A DNA stretch of 64,000 nt from Tubiluchus corallicola. Lineage: Eukaryota > Animalia > Priapulida. How positions within the stretch are numbered: position 1 is the stretch's first letter; every line of letters starts with the position of its first letter. The position numbers and the translations under genes are program-made. Positions 10,063 through 21,025 of this stretch are shown piece after piece. The notes beneath the pieces were generated by a model. It worked only from the letters and a program-made list of their open reading frames with translations, was not told where the DNA came from and searched no databases. The stretch lies in the NCBI GenBank assembly GCA_030141605.1, contig JAQGDQ010002394.1:1-64000 (forward strand). Direction: 5' to 3'.

Positions 10063-11163
10063 TTAGCCTAACAACTCTTTATACAATTTATCATAAGATT
10101 GAGCTATTTTATCCCAAGTATAAGTACTAACAAGTTTATCATAAGCCTTTTCTGCTTTAGCTTTCATCTCTTTAGGATGATCTAATGCCCATTGTATTTT
10201 TTGTGCAAGATCATTTTCATCCCCTGTTTTGAAATAAAGAACCTCATCATTGCAAAATACAGACGTATTTTGAGGAATATCGCTCGCTATAATAGGTGTT
10301 TTTACTGAGGCTGCCTCTAACAGCATCATTGACATTGCTTCATAAAATGAGGGAAATATAAATAAGTTAGCATTTTGAACATATTGTAAAAGCTGAAACT
10401 TATCTTTAATAAGAGGAATATAATTTATATTTAATGGTTCCCCTAGTTTTTGTATTTCTTTTTTGTATTTTTTCTTTTGCTCTAAATCTCCTATTATAAA
10501 AACCTCTTTTTTTAAACCAATCTTATTAAGAGCCTTTAACATCACATGACAACCTTTACAGGGGATAATCCTCCCAGCCGAAAAGAGCAGATAATTGTTC
10601 GTATATAATGTAGTAGATAGTTCTTTAACTTTACTAATCCCATTCGGAATATAATGTATATCTCTCGTAGCAATTTCTTGATAGACTTGTTGTAGAGGCT
10701 TACCCACAACTGTAAGAATATCAGATTTTTTAAGCATTATTTTTTCATTGAATTTAAAAAACTTTCTCACAGGATAGCTCCATTTTCCATTTTTTTGCGG
10801 ACGAGAATGAGACGTGGTTATTACCTTGTAACGTAATTTTAACAGAGGAATAATGTACGACCCATCAACGTGATGTAAGTGTATTAAATCATATTTACCT
10901 ACAAATATTGAGTGCAAGGCAGACAACAAGTAATAAAAAAAGATATTAAATTTCTTTAAAGGTAACCTTCTAAACACTATTTGCTTATAAGATGTATTTT
11001 GATAATTTTTACTAGTATGCGAAGAAGTTGCATATACTGTAAACTTATGATTTTCGCTTAGAGAATTAATTATATTCTGTCCTACAGAAGCTGCACCCCC
11101 AAAAGCAGGTAGCCCTTTTAGTCCAATAACCCCTATGTGTGTGTGTTTTGTTTGTTCCTTCAT
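10063..11163 (-). CDS. Glycosyltransferase family 4
   Basis: GLKGLPAFGG N-terminus, GRIIPCKG, PSFYEAMSMMLLEA (EX7E), ASDIP. Confidence 0.9.
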   Translation of the reverse strand: MKEQTKHTHIGVIGLKGLPAFGGAASVGQNIINSLSENHKFTVYATSSHTSKNYQNTSYKQIVFRRLPLKKFNIFFYYLLSALHSIFVGKYDLIHLHHVDGSYIIPLLKLRYKVITTSHSRPQKNGKWSYPVRKFFKFNEKIMLKKSDILTVVGKPLQQVYQEIATRDIHYIPNGISKVKELSTTLYTNNYLLFSAGRIIPCKGCHVMLKALNKIGLKKEVFIIGDLEQKKKYKKEIQKLGEPLNINYIPLIKDKFQLLQYVQNANLFIFPSFYEAMSMMLLEAASVKTPIIASDIPQNTSVFCNDEVLYFKTGDENDLAQKIQWALDHPKEMKAKAEKAYDKLVSTYTWDKIAQSYDKLYKELLG

Positions 11164-11240
11164 TATTAAAGTTTAGGGTTTTGTTCGCATTATATATAAA
11201 CTGCTTACTTTATCTTTTATTGTTGAACAAACAAAAAATA

Positions 11241-11882
11241 TTACTTCTTTCTAATAAGGCTTAATCCGTCTCTTATTGGTAGCATTATGTTTTCTACTCT
11301 TGAGTCATTTTGTATGTATTCATTAAATTTTACTATGGCCTGTGTCTCTTTGTCTTCATTCTCTATAGGTCGCACTACCTTACCATCCCATAACACATTA
11401 TCTATTATGATATAACCTCCTTCTTTTAAATTTTTTAATGTAAGTTCGTAGTATTGAATGTATTGTTTTTTGTCAGCATCTATAAATGCAAGTTCAAAAA
11501 TGGTATTAAGAGTAGGAATAATTTCTATGGCATTACCTATATGAAGTTTCACTTGTTTTTCTATTTGGGCTTTTTTGAGGTATTTTCTGATAATTGTTTC
11601 TTGTTCAGGATTAAGCTCTATGGTATGTAATGTTCCATTAAGTGGAAGACCTTTGGCAAGACATATTGTGGAATAGGCAGTAAAAGTTCCTATTTCTAAT
11701 ATATTCTGAGCCTGTACCATTTGAGAAAGCATTGAGAGTAACGCACCTTGTAAATGACCCGAAAGCATTCGTGGATTAATCATTTTAAGATGAGTTTCCC
11801 TTACAAGCTCTTCTAATATAGGATTTTCTGGACTAGTATGTTGTATTACATACTGATGTATTTTGTCATCATTTATTAGCAT
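11241..11882 (-). CDS. SAM-dependent O-methyltransferase (caffeoyl-CoA OMT-like)
   Basis: MLSGHLQG, LEIGTFTAYS, FIDADK, DNVLW, RDGL. Confidence 0.92.
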   Translation of the reverse strand: MLINDDKIHQYVIQHTSPENPILEELVRETHLKMINPRMLSGHLQGALLSMLSQMVQAQNILEIGTFTAYSTICLAKGLPLNGTLHTIELNPEQETIIRKYLKKAQIEKQVKLHIGNAIEIIPTLNTIFELAFIDADKKQYIQYYELTLKNLKEGGYIIIDNVLWDGKVVRPIENEDKETQAIVKFNEYIQNDSRVENIMLPIRDGLSLIRKK

Positions 11883-12679
11883 TTTGGTAGTTGTGTTACA
11901 AATTTGGCTATAATATCTATGGTTTCTTCTGACTGCTCTATAAAACCTGTATGTCCTGAATTTTCTAATACCTTTACAACAATATGAGGGGACAGTTTTG
12001 AATGTTCTTCTGCTACTTCCAAAGGAATAAGATTATCTTTTGCTCCAAATACCAGTAGAATGGGGACGCGAATGTTTTTCAGTACATGTTGTCTGTCAGG
12101 TCTCTGCATCATCCCCTGTAAGGCTGCAATAATAGCCCTATTAGACAATTGTTTTGCTCTACATTGTATCTGTAATATTTCTTGCCGATATTGCTCGTGA
12201 TTTTCTTCTGCAAAAGTATTAGGTATATTTTTCGAAAAAATAAAATATTTTTTACCGCTTTTAACCACTTCAATCTCTCTCAATCTATTTTTCTTTTTTT
12301 CTTGAGTATCTGGTTTAGCTACAGAATGTAACAACGAAAGACCACAAAGACACTGTGGATACTTTTCTGAAAAGGCAAGAGACACATAGCCTCCCATTGA
12401 GTGTCCAAACAGCCAGATGTTGGAAATAGAAAGATGCTGCAAAATGGCATAAACAGCATCTGCCATTTGATCCATAGTATGCGTATCAGAAAGTGTTCCT
12501 GTTTTGCCGTGTCCGAGCAAATCTATAGTTAAAATCTGAAATTTGGAAGCAAGCCTATCTTCTATCTTCTTCCATACCTCTTTAGTCTCTAAATAACCGT
12601 GCAAGAACACAAGAGTGTTACCTTCTCCTTGTAAACTATAATAAATTGGTGTTTTTTTATATATAAAATATTTTTCCAT
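11876..12679 (-). CDS. Alpha/beta hydrolase
   Basis: FLHG, DLLGHG, GHSMGG nucleophile elbow, SGH. Confidence 0.92.
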   Translation of the reverse strand: MEKYFIYKKTPIYYSLQGEGNTLVFLHGYLETKEVWKKIEDRLASKFQILTIDLLGHGKTGTLSDTHTMDQMADAVYAILQHLSISNIWLFGHSMGGYVSLAFSEKYPQCLCGLSLLHSVAKPDTQEKKKNRLREIEVVKSGKKYFIFSKNIPNTFAEENHEQYRQEILQIQCRAKQLSNRAIIAALQGMMQRPDRQHVLKNIRVPILLVFGAKDNLIPLEVAEEHSKLSPHIVVKVLENSGHTGFIEQSEETIDIIAKFVTQLPKC

Positions 12680-12770
12680 TATATGTTAAAATTTAAGCAA
12701 ATATATGAAAGTTTAATTGAATACAAGTACTCACATTTAAAATAAAAAAGCCTCCCTTGCAGTAAAAAAA

Positions 12771-13751
12771 CTAAAACAACCTTTTTATTAACTTTGCTCC
12801 TAATATTTTTTGATAAAAGGAAGCGTTTTTTATTTTGCCAAAAACAAGTTCAATATTCGAGAAATGATGTGGAATACCTACCAAAAGAGTTTGCAAGACT
12901 TCTTTTTCTTGAGAGGAAAAATAGTCTCCCTCCACTATACAAGTTTTTATCACTCCCTGTTCTACATAGAACTTTATACCAATAGTTTTTTTATTTGACG
13001 TTGAATATTGATTTTCAAATTGATATTTGGGAGAGTAGGCATAGTTCCATTGCCATTGGGTATATTTTTCTGCTACAAGTTTACGAATAGCCCTATCATC
13101 TTCTAAAGATAACTTGTAAGAAGTTGAAGCTGGTAACTGCTTGGCTATGTAGTTGAGTAGAGTTTCTGCAAATTGAAAAGGAGTAAGCAATGTAGTTAAA
13201 TGTGGTTTTATGAGTGTAGTTTTTCTTCTAATAGATTTCACCGATTTGTCATTGTAGGTAGCACCTGATGGCCTTACAGCTTCCTCCAATATTGTCAAGT
13301 TCGTATCGTAAAGCAATGTGCCGTGATGCATCACCCTATTTTTGAAAACATGTGAAGCATTGCCCGATATCTTTTTATTGCAAAGTGTAATATTACTTTT
13401 TTCACTGTGCTGGGCTTTTATTCCCATTTTACTAAGAGCATTAATAATAATGAACGTATGCCTTTCAAAATTTACTTTATGTGCAACATCAACAGTGTTG
13501 ATAAAAGCATAGTTGAGGTTGCCTAAATCGTGATATACTGTGCCTCCTCCCGATATTCTTCTAACGAGAGGAATACCATTGTTGACAACATAATTATGAT
13601 TGGTTTCGGCAAGTGCATTCTGATGCTTCCCTACAATAACACTAGGTTCGTTGTAATAAAGAAGTAGATAATCCTTTTTCGTATTTAAAAGATATTCTTC
13701 AAGGGCAATGTTAAAATGGGGGTTAGTTTCTGTGCTTACGAAGCAATACAT
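12771..13751 (-). CDS. lplA: Lipoate--protein ligase
   Basis: RRISGGGTVYHDLGNLN, KISGNA, HHGTLL, SVKS. Confidence 0.93.
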   Translation of the reverse strand: MYCFVSTETNPHFNIALEEYLLNTKKDYLLLYYNEPSVIVGKHQNALAETNHNYVVNNGIPLVRRISGGGTVYHDLGNLNYAFINTVDVAHKVNFERHTFIIINALSKMGIKAQHSEKSNITLCNKKISGNASHVFKNRVMHHGTLLYDTNLTILEEAVRPSGATYNDKSVKSIRRKTTLIKPHLTTLLTPFQFAETLLNYIAKQLPASTSYKLSLEDDRAIRKLVAEKYTQWQWNYAYSPKYQFENQYSTSNKKTIGIKFYVEQGVIKTCIVEGDYFSSQEKEVLQTLLVGIPHHFSNIELVFGKIKNASFYQKILGAKLIKRLF

Positions 13752-13754
13752 ATT

Positions 13755-15560
13755 TTATTTTTTATTAATCCATTCGTATAAAATTTTAGCTTTTGATTTT
13801 CCAATAGTTTTTTGCAATTGCTCCATTGTTATGGCTTTTATATTTTTAATAGTTTTGTATTGACTGAGTAGCTTTTGCTTGGTTTTTTCTCCAATACCCA
13901 CAATATCATCAAGTTCTGATTTCACAAGCTTTTTAGAGCGTTTCAACCTGTGAAAACTAATGCCAAATCGGTGTGCTTCATTCCGCAAATATTGTATAGT
14001 TTTTAATGATTGAGAAGTTTTATTTAGGTAAAGAGGAACAGAGTCATTGGGGAAATAAATTTCTTCTAATTTCTTAGCTATACCAATTATAGCCACTTTG
14101 TTTCTGAGATTAAGTTTTTCAATTGATTTGAGAGCTGAACTAAGTTGCCCCTTGCCTCCATCTATGACTATTAATTGTGGTAATGGCTGTTTTTCCTCTA
14201 TAAGACGTTTATACCTCCTATAAACAACCTCTTCCATTGAAGCAAAATCATTGATACCAATTACGGTTTTGATATTGTAATGTCTATATTCTTTTTTGGC
14301 AGGCTTCCCATTACGGAACACAACACAGGCGGCTACTGGACTTGCTCCTTGTATATTAGAATTGTCAAAGCACTCTATATGAGAAGGCAATTCTTTGAGA
14401 CGAAGATCTTTTTTGATACTCTCAAGCAAAGCACTTGTTCGTTGTTTTGGGTGGCTAGATTGTTTTATTCTCTCTAAACGAAAATACTTGCAGTTTCGTT
14501 CAGACAGTTCTAATAATTTTTTCTTATCCCCCATCTTAGGGACTATAAAATTAATCCCTTTCATTTCTACATCTAGCTTAAAAGGTATTACAATTTCTTT
14601 TGCCGTACTTTTAAGCATATTTCTCACCTCTATAATAACAAGGGGCAATAATTCTGATTGTGTTTCATCTAATTTCTTTTTTATCGCATTAGAGTATACT
14701 TGTATTATTGCACCATTGAGTATTTTTAAGTAATTAACATAGGCATATTTTTCATCATCTATAATGGAAAACACATCCACATTGTTAATATTAGGATTTA
14801 CGATAGTAGACTTACTTTTGAAATTTTTCAAGTGGTCTATTTTACTTTGTACAATATGAGCTTCTTCATATTTTAGCTCCGAGGCATATTTATCTCTTTC
14901 TTCTTTTAAATATATCAGCACAGAATTTAAACTCCCTTTCAAGATACTTGAAACCTTTTTTACCGCATTTAAATAACTTTCTTCTTTCTGCAAGGAAATA
15001 CAAGGTGCATTACAATTATGAATATGATATTCTAAGCAGGCATTAAATTTTTTAGACTGTATGTTTTTAGCTGAAAGGTTTAAACTGCAGGAACGAAGTT
15101 TAAATAACTTTTTAAAAAGGCTCAACAAAGATTTTACCATCTTGACAGATGTATATGGTCCAAAATACTGAGAGCCATCTTTTACAACATTTCTGGTAAA
15201 AAGAACTCTAGGAAAAGGCTCGTTTTTAATACAAATATAAGGGAATGATTTATCGTCTTTGAGAAGAACGTTGTAACGTGGTTGGTATTTCTTTATTAGG
15301 TTGTTCTCTAACAGAAGTGCATCTTGTTCGGTACTTACAAGAATATACCTAATATCATATATATTTTTTACAAGGGTATTTAGCTTAAAAGAAACATTTG
15401 TTTTAGTAAAATATGAGGAAACTCTTTTTTTTAGGTTCTTAGCTTTACCTATGTAGATAATTTCACCATTCTTATCAAAATATTGATATATTCCTGGTGT
15501 TGTAGGAATTTGATTTATTATTTGTTTTAAGTTATTTATATGTTTGTTCTTAGGATACAA
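13755..15560 (-). CDS. uvrC: Excinuclease ABC subunit C
   Basis: GIY-YIG (PGIY..IYIGKAKNLKKRV), ECFDNS, IDGGKGQL, EAHRFGI, HhH tail. Confidence 0.97.
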   Translation of the reverse strand: MYPKNKHINNLKQIINQIPTTPGIYQYFDKNGEIIYIGKAKNLKKRVSSYFTKTNVSFKLNTLVKNIYDIRYILVSTEQDALLLENNLIKKYQPRYNVLLKDDKSFPYICIKNEPFPRVLFTRNVVKDGSQYFGPYTSVKMVKSLLSLFKKLFKLRSCSLNLSAKNIQSKKFNACLEYHIHNCNAPCISLQKEESYLNAVKKVSSILKGSLNSVLIYLKEERDKYASELKYEEAHIVQSKIDHLKNFKSKSTIVNPNINNVDVFSIIDDEKYAYVNYLKILNGAIIQVYSNAIKKKLDETQSELLPLVIIEVRNMLKSTAKEIVIPFKLDVEMKGINFIVPKMGDKKKLLELSERNCKYFRLERIKQSSHPKQRTSALLESIKKDLRLKELPSHIECFDNSNIQGASPVAACVVFRNGKPAKKEYRHYNIKTVIGINDFASMEEVVYRRYKRLIEEKQPLPQLIVIDGGKGQLSSALKSIEKLNLRNKVAIIGIAKKLEEIYFPNDSVPLYLNKTSQSLKTIQYLRNEAHRFGISFHRLKRSKKLVKSELDDIVGIGEKTKQKLLSQYKTIKNIKAITMEQLQKTIGKSKAKILYEWINKK

Positions 15561-15582
15561 AAGAAAGAAAAGTTGTTTTTAT

Positions 15583-17733
15583 CTATGCAACATACTCCGA
15601 TGCTATTCTTTGCTTTCTATTAAGTATTGCAAAATGTGAATTTAAAATTACCGCCTTAGCATTCTTTTTCTTTTCAAGAACCACAAAGCAAGGAAGTTCC
15701 GAAGATATACAGGCATCATCACTTGCCTGATTTGCGGTAAAATCAAACTTCAAACACATTGAATAGGACGCTATTGCGGAAACTCTATTAACATCATAAC
15801 TCCAATTAGCAGAAACTATATCCAACTTACGCGTCCTTTGCCCTCTTTTCACGGCATATACTTCAACTCTTCTGTTCTCTTTATTTCCAATAGAGTTCTT
15901 GTCTTGGTCAGAAGGATTATTAACCACCAACTTGTTTTCTCCATACCAACGGAGATTAATTTTATTTCCGTTGATAGAAGTTAATTCTATTAATTTAGAC
16001 TTTACGTATTCCGCTCTTCTCTTAGAAAGCGATGTGTTATATGCCATTGTTCCTATTGGATCTGCATAGCCTTCTACATTGATATAAATGTTTTCGTCTA
16101 CTTTCATTATAGCTTCAAGATGCTTTATCCTCTTTACAATAGTATCACTCAACTCTACTTCTGCCTTGTTAAAAGAAAAAAGAAATACATCTTCCAATGC
16201 CTTGTTAAGGTTTTCTTCATCTGATGCAAAATTATTTTTTACTGGTTGTGATTTTGCTATTCTTACCTCAGACTTATCAACATAAGCAGGAGTAGGAGTA
16301 GATATTTTTTCTTCTTTTATTATACTTTCACTCTTGTCTTCCGAAGATAAGAGTTCAAACACTTCCATAATATCTTCTTCTTTTCTTTCTTCTGGAAGAG
16401 AAATAAAAGCAGGAAAAGAACCAGCAAGAAAACTTACTCGTCTCAACCTATAGTTCTCAGAAGATTTATAAGTCAAAAAGGCAATATTTTCATCATCTAT
16501 AAAATTCAGAGAAAAATCATCATAAGCAGTATTTATTTTTGGACCTAAATTAGTGACAGATGCCCAAAGGCCGTTTTCTTCATTTTTAACAGATGCAAAT
16601 ATGTCTAACCCTCCAAAAGTAATATGGCCGTTAGAAGAAAAGTACAAAATTCCTTTATCATCTAAAACTGGAAACAACTCATCTTCTACAGTATTTACAT
16701 CTCCTTGTAGTAAAGTAATATTACTTATTACGTCTTTATTAAAATCTGCTTCATAAATATCATAACCACCAATACCTCCTTCTTTGTTGGAAGAAAAATA
16801 GATGGTATTTGTTTTTTCATCAACAAAAGCATTTCTTACAGAGCTTTCTTCATAAGATAACAGTTCAATTACTGAAGTGTTTTTTCCAAATGTGAAAGCT
16901 TCATAGCTAGGGTCATAAGTTGCCAAGGCCAGGTAATATCTATTGTTTCTTTTTATCGTAAATATTGCTTTTTCGTTTTTGTCATAAAAGAACACATCTG
17001 TTATAACTTCATTATCCTGAAAAAACCTTTTATCTACTGGTATCTCTGTAGAAATAAAATCTGTAGAAGGAGAAGAAATTATAATTTCTTTCCCTCTATT
17101 TTTTGCAGGTAAAACATAACTACTATGAGTAGAATTACTAAAATAAAGGAATAGTTCCGAAATGTCAGAATTAATTTCAAAAGGAGGGAATTGCCCATCT
17201 ATTCTAAAGTTTTCTTCAACATAGCTGTAGTCATCTCTTCTTGTAGAAAAACTCACTAATCCCTCTATCCATCCAGCACATTGCATTTTAGAATCATATA
17301 AGGGGCCTTGGCCTTCATTTTTACTTTTACTCTTTCCCTTTTTATCATTTATGATTTTGTCGTAAAATTTTAGTGCAGCTTCAAAATCACTTTTTTCATA
17401 TTGTAAATAGTTGCCTATTTTTTCATATTGTGCATGCTTTAAAGCACCTTTTTTCTTAGTGTCTCTTCTCTCAATAATCTCTAATACCTGTTGAGATTCA
17501 TCTATATAATTTTCGTCTTGATAAGCACGAAAGATAAAATAAAGTGTTTCTATCTTTATTTTATCTTGATCTTTTTTTGTTGCATTTTCATATTCCTCAA
17601 TAATTGCTTTTACATTACCCGTTTTAAGACTTTTCTTTATGTCTCTATCTAATTTTGCACCAAATCCTATTGAGAAAAGACTTGCAAAGAAAAATATGCT
17701 CAATTTTTTTGGGGAGAAAGCTACTCTTAACAT
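15583..17733 (-). CDS. OmpA-C domain protein with TPR-like and PD40 repeats (PorE-like architecture)
   Basis: YFSSNKEGGIGGYDIY and YFSSNGHITFGGLDIF PD40 repeats; EGYAD..YNTSLSKRRA..NRRVE OmpA motif. Confidence 0.85.
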   Translation of the reverse strand: MLRVAFSPKKLSIFFFASLFSIGFGAKLDRDIKKSLKTGNVKAIIEEYENATKKDQDKIKIETLYFIFRAYQDENYIDESQQVLEIIERRDTKKKGALKHAQYEKIGNYLQYEKSDFEAALKFYDKIINDKKGKSKSKNEGQGPLYDSKMQCAGWIEGLVSFSTRRDDYSYVEENFRIDGQFPPFEINSDISELFLYFSNSTHSSYVLPAKNRGKEIIISSPSTDFISTEIPVDKRFFQDNEVITDVFFYDKNEKAIFTIKRNNRYYLALATYDPSYEAFTFGKNTSVIELLSYEESSVRNAFVDEKTNTIYFSSNKEGGIGGYDIYEADFNKDVISNITLLQGDVNTVEDELFPVLDDKGILYFSSNGHITFGGLDIFASVKNEENGLWASVTNLGPKINTAYDDFSLNFIDDENIAFLTYKSSENYRLRRVSFLAGSFPAFISLPEERKEEDIMEVFELLSSEDKSESIIKEEKISTPTPAYVDKSEVRIAKSQPVKNNFASDEENLNKALEDVFLFSFNKAEVELSDTIVKRIKHLEAIMKVDENIYINVEGYADPIGTMAYNTSLSKRRAEYVKSKLIELTSINGNKINLRWYGENKLVVNNPSDQDKNSIGNKENRRVEVYAVKRGQRTRKLDIVSANWSYDVNRVSAIASYSMCLKFDFTANQASDDACISSELPCFVVLEKKKNAKAVILNSHFAILNRKQRIASEYVA

Positions 17734-18054
17734 AACATTATCAAAAAAATATTATTTAACACAATTAAAATTCAAAAGTATAAAAAAAACATCTAAACAA
17801 CCAACAAAAAAAGTAAAAAATGCACTTTTTTTTATTCCATATCTAAACTCTATTTAAAAAAATCCCCCATAAGCACCTATAAATTAATGTTTTGCGAAAA
17901 ACTGTTTGGTTAAATAAAAAAATAATTTTTTATCATTTTTTTAAATTTTAGATTATCCTAAAAAAGATAATATGATATTTTATTCTCATATGATAAATCC
18001 TAATAACAAAATTATTTTCTTTTATCATTTTTTTAAATTTTCAAAGAAATTAGC

Positions 18055-18062
18055 TATCTTTG
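18055..18062 (+). promoter_or_regulatory. Bacteroidota -7 promoter element of ssrA
   Basis: TATCTTTG matches TAnnTTTG, 11 nt before the mature tmRNA 5' end. Confidence 0.75.
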
Positions 18063-18073
18063 CTGTATATTTT

Positions 18074-18470
18074 GGGACTGACTGGCTTTGACAGCAAGTA
18101 GAATTGAAATATAAGCATACAGAGAGATGAGGCTTATACTCTTAAAAATATAGCTTCCAACTTTTAACTGGCGAAAATAACTTTGCTCTAGCTGCTTAAT
18201 ATCGCTCAGCGAATTAGCTTTATTCTTAATCAGGAAGGTTAAGAACTAGATGTTTCTTCATTTGTTTTCTCACTGGCAAATGGTTTGAAGCACAGAGAAC
18301 AGAGAGATAGCAACCTTGTTCGTTTCTGCAAGCTTGTGAAACTTTAGAAACTAAGGATAGGCTAAGACTGCTCTTTTTCGTGTCTATCCCTACAATCAAT
18401 TAAGAGCTAAGTATGTAGAAAGTATTTTACTTCCTTGTTTGGACGAGGGTTCGAATCCCTCCAGTTCCAC
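18074..18470 (+). ncRNA. ssrA: tmRNA
   Basis: 5' GGGACTGACTGGCTTTGACAG; tag ORF GENNFALAA* at 18170-18199; 3' T-arm GAGGGTTCGAATCCCTCCAGTTCCAC. Confidence 0.97.
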
Positions 18471-18605
18471 TTTTTCTTTTCACCTCCCACCTGCCATATC
18501 ACTCTATTCATATTATATTTTTAACCCAAACAACAAAAGGATATAAAAATATGTGCTAAAATTGCAAAGTTTCAAAAAACACTCTTGCCGCAAAAACTAC
18601 CATAA

Positions 18606-18635
18606 AATAGCTTGTGACTATTAACACAAGCTATT
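18606..18635. terminator. Hairpin downstream of ssrA
   Basis: AATAGCTTGTG-N8-CACAAGCTATT flanked by A runs. Confidence 0.5.
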
Positions 18636-18699
18636 AAAAAAAAAACATTTGTTGAACAACAGATATAAAATTTTATCTTTGGGTTTAAACGCATAGCAA

Positions 18700-20028
18700 A
18701 TGGAAAACTCACTATATAACTATATTAAAGAACATGGTTTACTTTCGTCAAACGAAAAAGTTCTTTTGGCAATAAGCGGAGGAGCCGACTCAGTATGCCT
18801 TGCTTATTTATTTTACAAACTGGGAATTCCATTTGGAATAGCTCATTGTAATTTCAAATTACGAGGCAATGAGGCTGACAAAGATGAGCAGTTTGTGAAA
18901 AATCTTGCAGAAAAACTTAATAAAAAAATACACCTAAAATCTTTTAAAACAGAAAAATACAGTAAACAAGAAAAAATATCTATCGAAACAGCAGCAAGAA
19001 AACTTCGCTATCAATGGTTCTATGAAATTCAACAAGAAGAAGGCTACAACTGTATTGCAACTGCACACCATCAAGATGATAATATAGAAACATTTTTCAT
19101 TAATCTTTTGAGAGGAACTGGAATAAAAGGGCTAACAGGCATAAAGCCTAAGAATAATAATAATGTAATAAGACCCTTACTATTTGCCACAAAAAATGAA
19201 ATATTACAATACCTGCAAACCAATAATATAGTATATAGAGAAGATATGAGCAACAAGCAACTACTGTATAAACGGAATGAAATAAGACTCAACCTCATCC
19301 CCATTTTGCAACAAATATCTCCTTCTTTCAATAAGATAATGCATCGCAATATAAAAGCATTAAATGAAGCATATAAAATATATGAAGAAAGAATAAAAGA
19401 ACAAGAAAAAAAACTCATTAAAAAGGATAATAATACAACTACTATCAATATAAAAAAACTATTGCAGCTACCCTATCCTACTCCTTATCTGTATGAAATT
19501 GTTAAACACTATGGCTACAGCTATTTAGATGCTAAAAATATTTTAAAAAACATCCATAAACAAGCAGGAGCAAAGTACTATTCAAAAACACACCTGCTAA
19601 TAAAAGATAGATCGTATGTGATTATTTCAGCCATAAACAAAAATAATAGACAATACCATATACCAGAGGATATGCAAGAAATGAAACATCCTCTGCACCT
19701 TATATTTAAAAAACTAACTAAAAAAGCAAATTTTAAAATAAACAACAGTCAACACACGGCACAAATAGATCTTGATAAACTAAAATTCCCACTTACCCTA
19801 AGAAAATGGAAACAAGGTGATCGTTTTCAGCCTTTGGGAATGACTAAGTTTAAAAAAATAAGCGACTTTTTTATAGATAACAAAATAAACAATATTCAAA
19901 AAGAAAATATCTGGCTACTTGTCTCAAACAACCAAATTGTCTGGGTAGTAGGAATGCGAATAGATAATCAATTTAAAATTACGTCCCAAACTCAAAACAT
20001 TTTGCAAATAAACCAAGAAAATAACTAG
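18700..20028 (+). CDS. tilS: tRNA(Ile)-lysidine synthetase
   Basis: SGGADS PP-loop, AHCNF, ATAHHQDD, IRPLL, TilS-C; TATCTTTG promoter at 18674. Confidence 0.97.
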   Translation: MENSLYNYIKEHGLLSSNEKVLLAISGGADSVCLAYLFYKLGIPFGIAHCNFKLRGNEADKDEQFVKNLAEKLNKKIHLKSFKTEKYSKQEKISIETAARKLRYQWFYEIQQEEGYNCIATAHHQDDNIETFFINLLRGTGIKGLTGIKPKNNNNVIRPLLFATKNEILQYLQTNNIVYREDMSNKQLLYKRNEIRLNLIPILQQISPSFNKIMHRNIKALNEAYKIYEERIKEQEKKLIKKDNNTTTINIKKLLQLPYPTPYLYEIVKHYGYSYLDAKNILKNIHKQAGAKYYSKTHLLIKDRSYVIISAINKNNRQYHIPEDMQEMKHPLHLIFKKLTKKANFKINNSQHTAQIDLDKLKFPLTLRKWKQGDRFQPLGMTKFKKISDFFIDNKINNIQKENIWLLVSNNQIVWVVGMRIDNQFKITSQTQNILQINQENN

Positions 20029-20077
20029 GAAGCTCTTGTGTTGAGAACATTTTACCATACCTAAAAACAAAGGGAAC

Positions 20078-21025
20078 TTAAAGACTAAATTTACTAACGT
20101 TTTCGGCAGCCTCTTTAAATTCTTTTAATATTGTTTTAAAAATATCCTCCACTTTTTCTAAGCTTTTTATTTGTGAAGCTACCTGTCCTATTTCAAGTTC
20201 TCCTTTTTCTACATCGCCTAAAAACATACCCTGCTTCGCTTTACCTCTGCCCAATATTTTCTTTAACTCTTCTGCGGAGGCTCCTTGTTTTTCTGCTTCT
20301 GCCACCTCTTCGTAAAACTTATTTTTCAATAGCCTTGTAGGTGCTAACTGCTTTAGCATCAACTTAGTTCCACCTTCTTCCGTTTTAATAACGGCATTTT
20401 TAAATTTATCGTGAGCCGAAGACTCTTCAGCAATTGCAAACCGACTTCCCATTTGAACACCATCTGCCCCTAAAACCATTGCAGCCAAAAGACTTTGTCC
20501 CGAACCAAAACCACCAGCAGCAATTAATGGCAAACTGCATACTTTTCTTACTTCCGGAATTAGGCAAAGCGAGGTGGTTTCTTCTCTTCCATTGTGCCCA
20601 CCAGCCTCAAAACCCTCTGCAACAATTGCATCTACACCTGCTTCTTCACATTTTACAGCAAATTTGGAACTAGAAACAACATGTGCAACTTTAATACCTT
20701 CTTTTTGTAGAAGCTTTGTCCACTTTTTAGGACTTCCTGCCGAAGTAAAAACAACTTTAACCCCTTCTTCTATAATAATGCGAATATGCTCTTCTATATT
20801 AGGATAAAGAAGAGGAAGATTGACCCCAAAAACATTAGAAGTGGCTTTTTTAGCCTTTATTATGTGCTCACGCAGAACACCTGGATACATAGAACCGCTG
20901 CCTAAAAGCCCAAGTCCTCCGAAATTGCTTACTGCAGAGGCAAGTCGCCAACCACTACACCACACCATACCTCCTTGCACAATGGGATATTTTATTTCAA
21001 AAAGATTCGTTACCTTATTTATCAT
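20078..21025 (-). CDS. fabK: FabK-like enoyl-ACP reductase / nitronate monooxygenase family flavoprotein
   Basis: YPIVQGGM, AEGFEAGGH, IAAGG, GADGVQMGSRF. Confidence 0.75.
   Translation of the reverse strand: MINKVTNLFEIKYPIVQGGMVWCSGWRLASAVSNFGGLGLLGSGSMYPGVLREHIIKAKKATSNVFGVNLPLLYPNIEEHIRIIIEEGVKVVFTSAGSPKKWTKLLQKEGIKVAHVVSSSKFAVKCEEAGVDAIVAEGFEAGGHNGREETTSLCLIPEVRKVCSLPLIAAGGFGSGQSLLAAMVLGADGVQMGSRFAIAEESSAHDKFKNAVIKTEEGGTKLMLKQLAPTRLLKNKFYEEVAEAEKQGASAEELKKILGRGKAKQGMFLGDVEKGELEIGQVASQIKSLEKVEDIFKTILKEFKEAAENVSKFSL

Noticed and set aside
18470-18700. Island integrated at the ssrA 3' end
   Set aside because: No integrase or duplicated ssrA 3' end was seen; tilS follows directly
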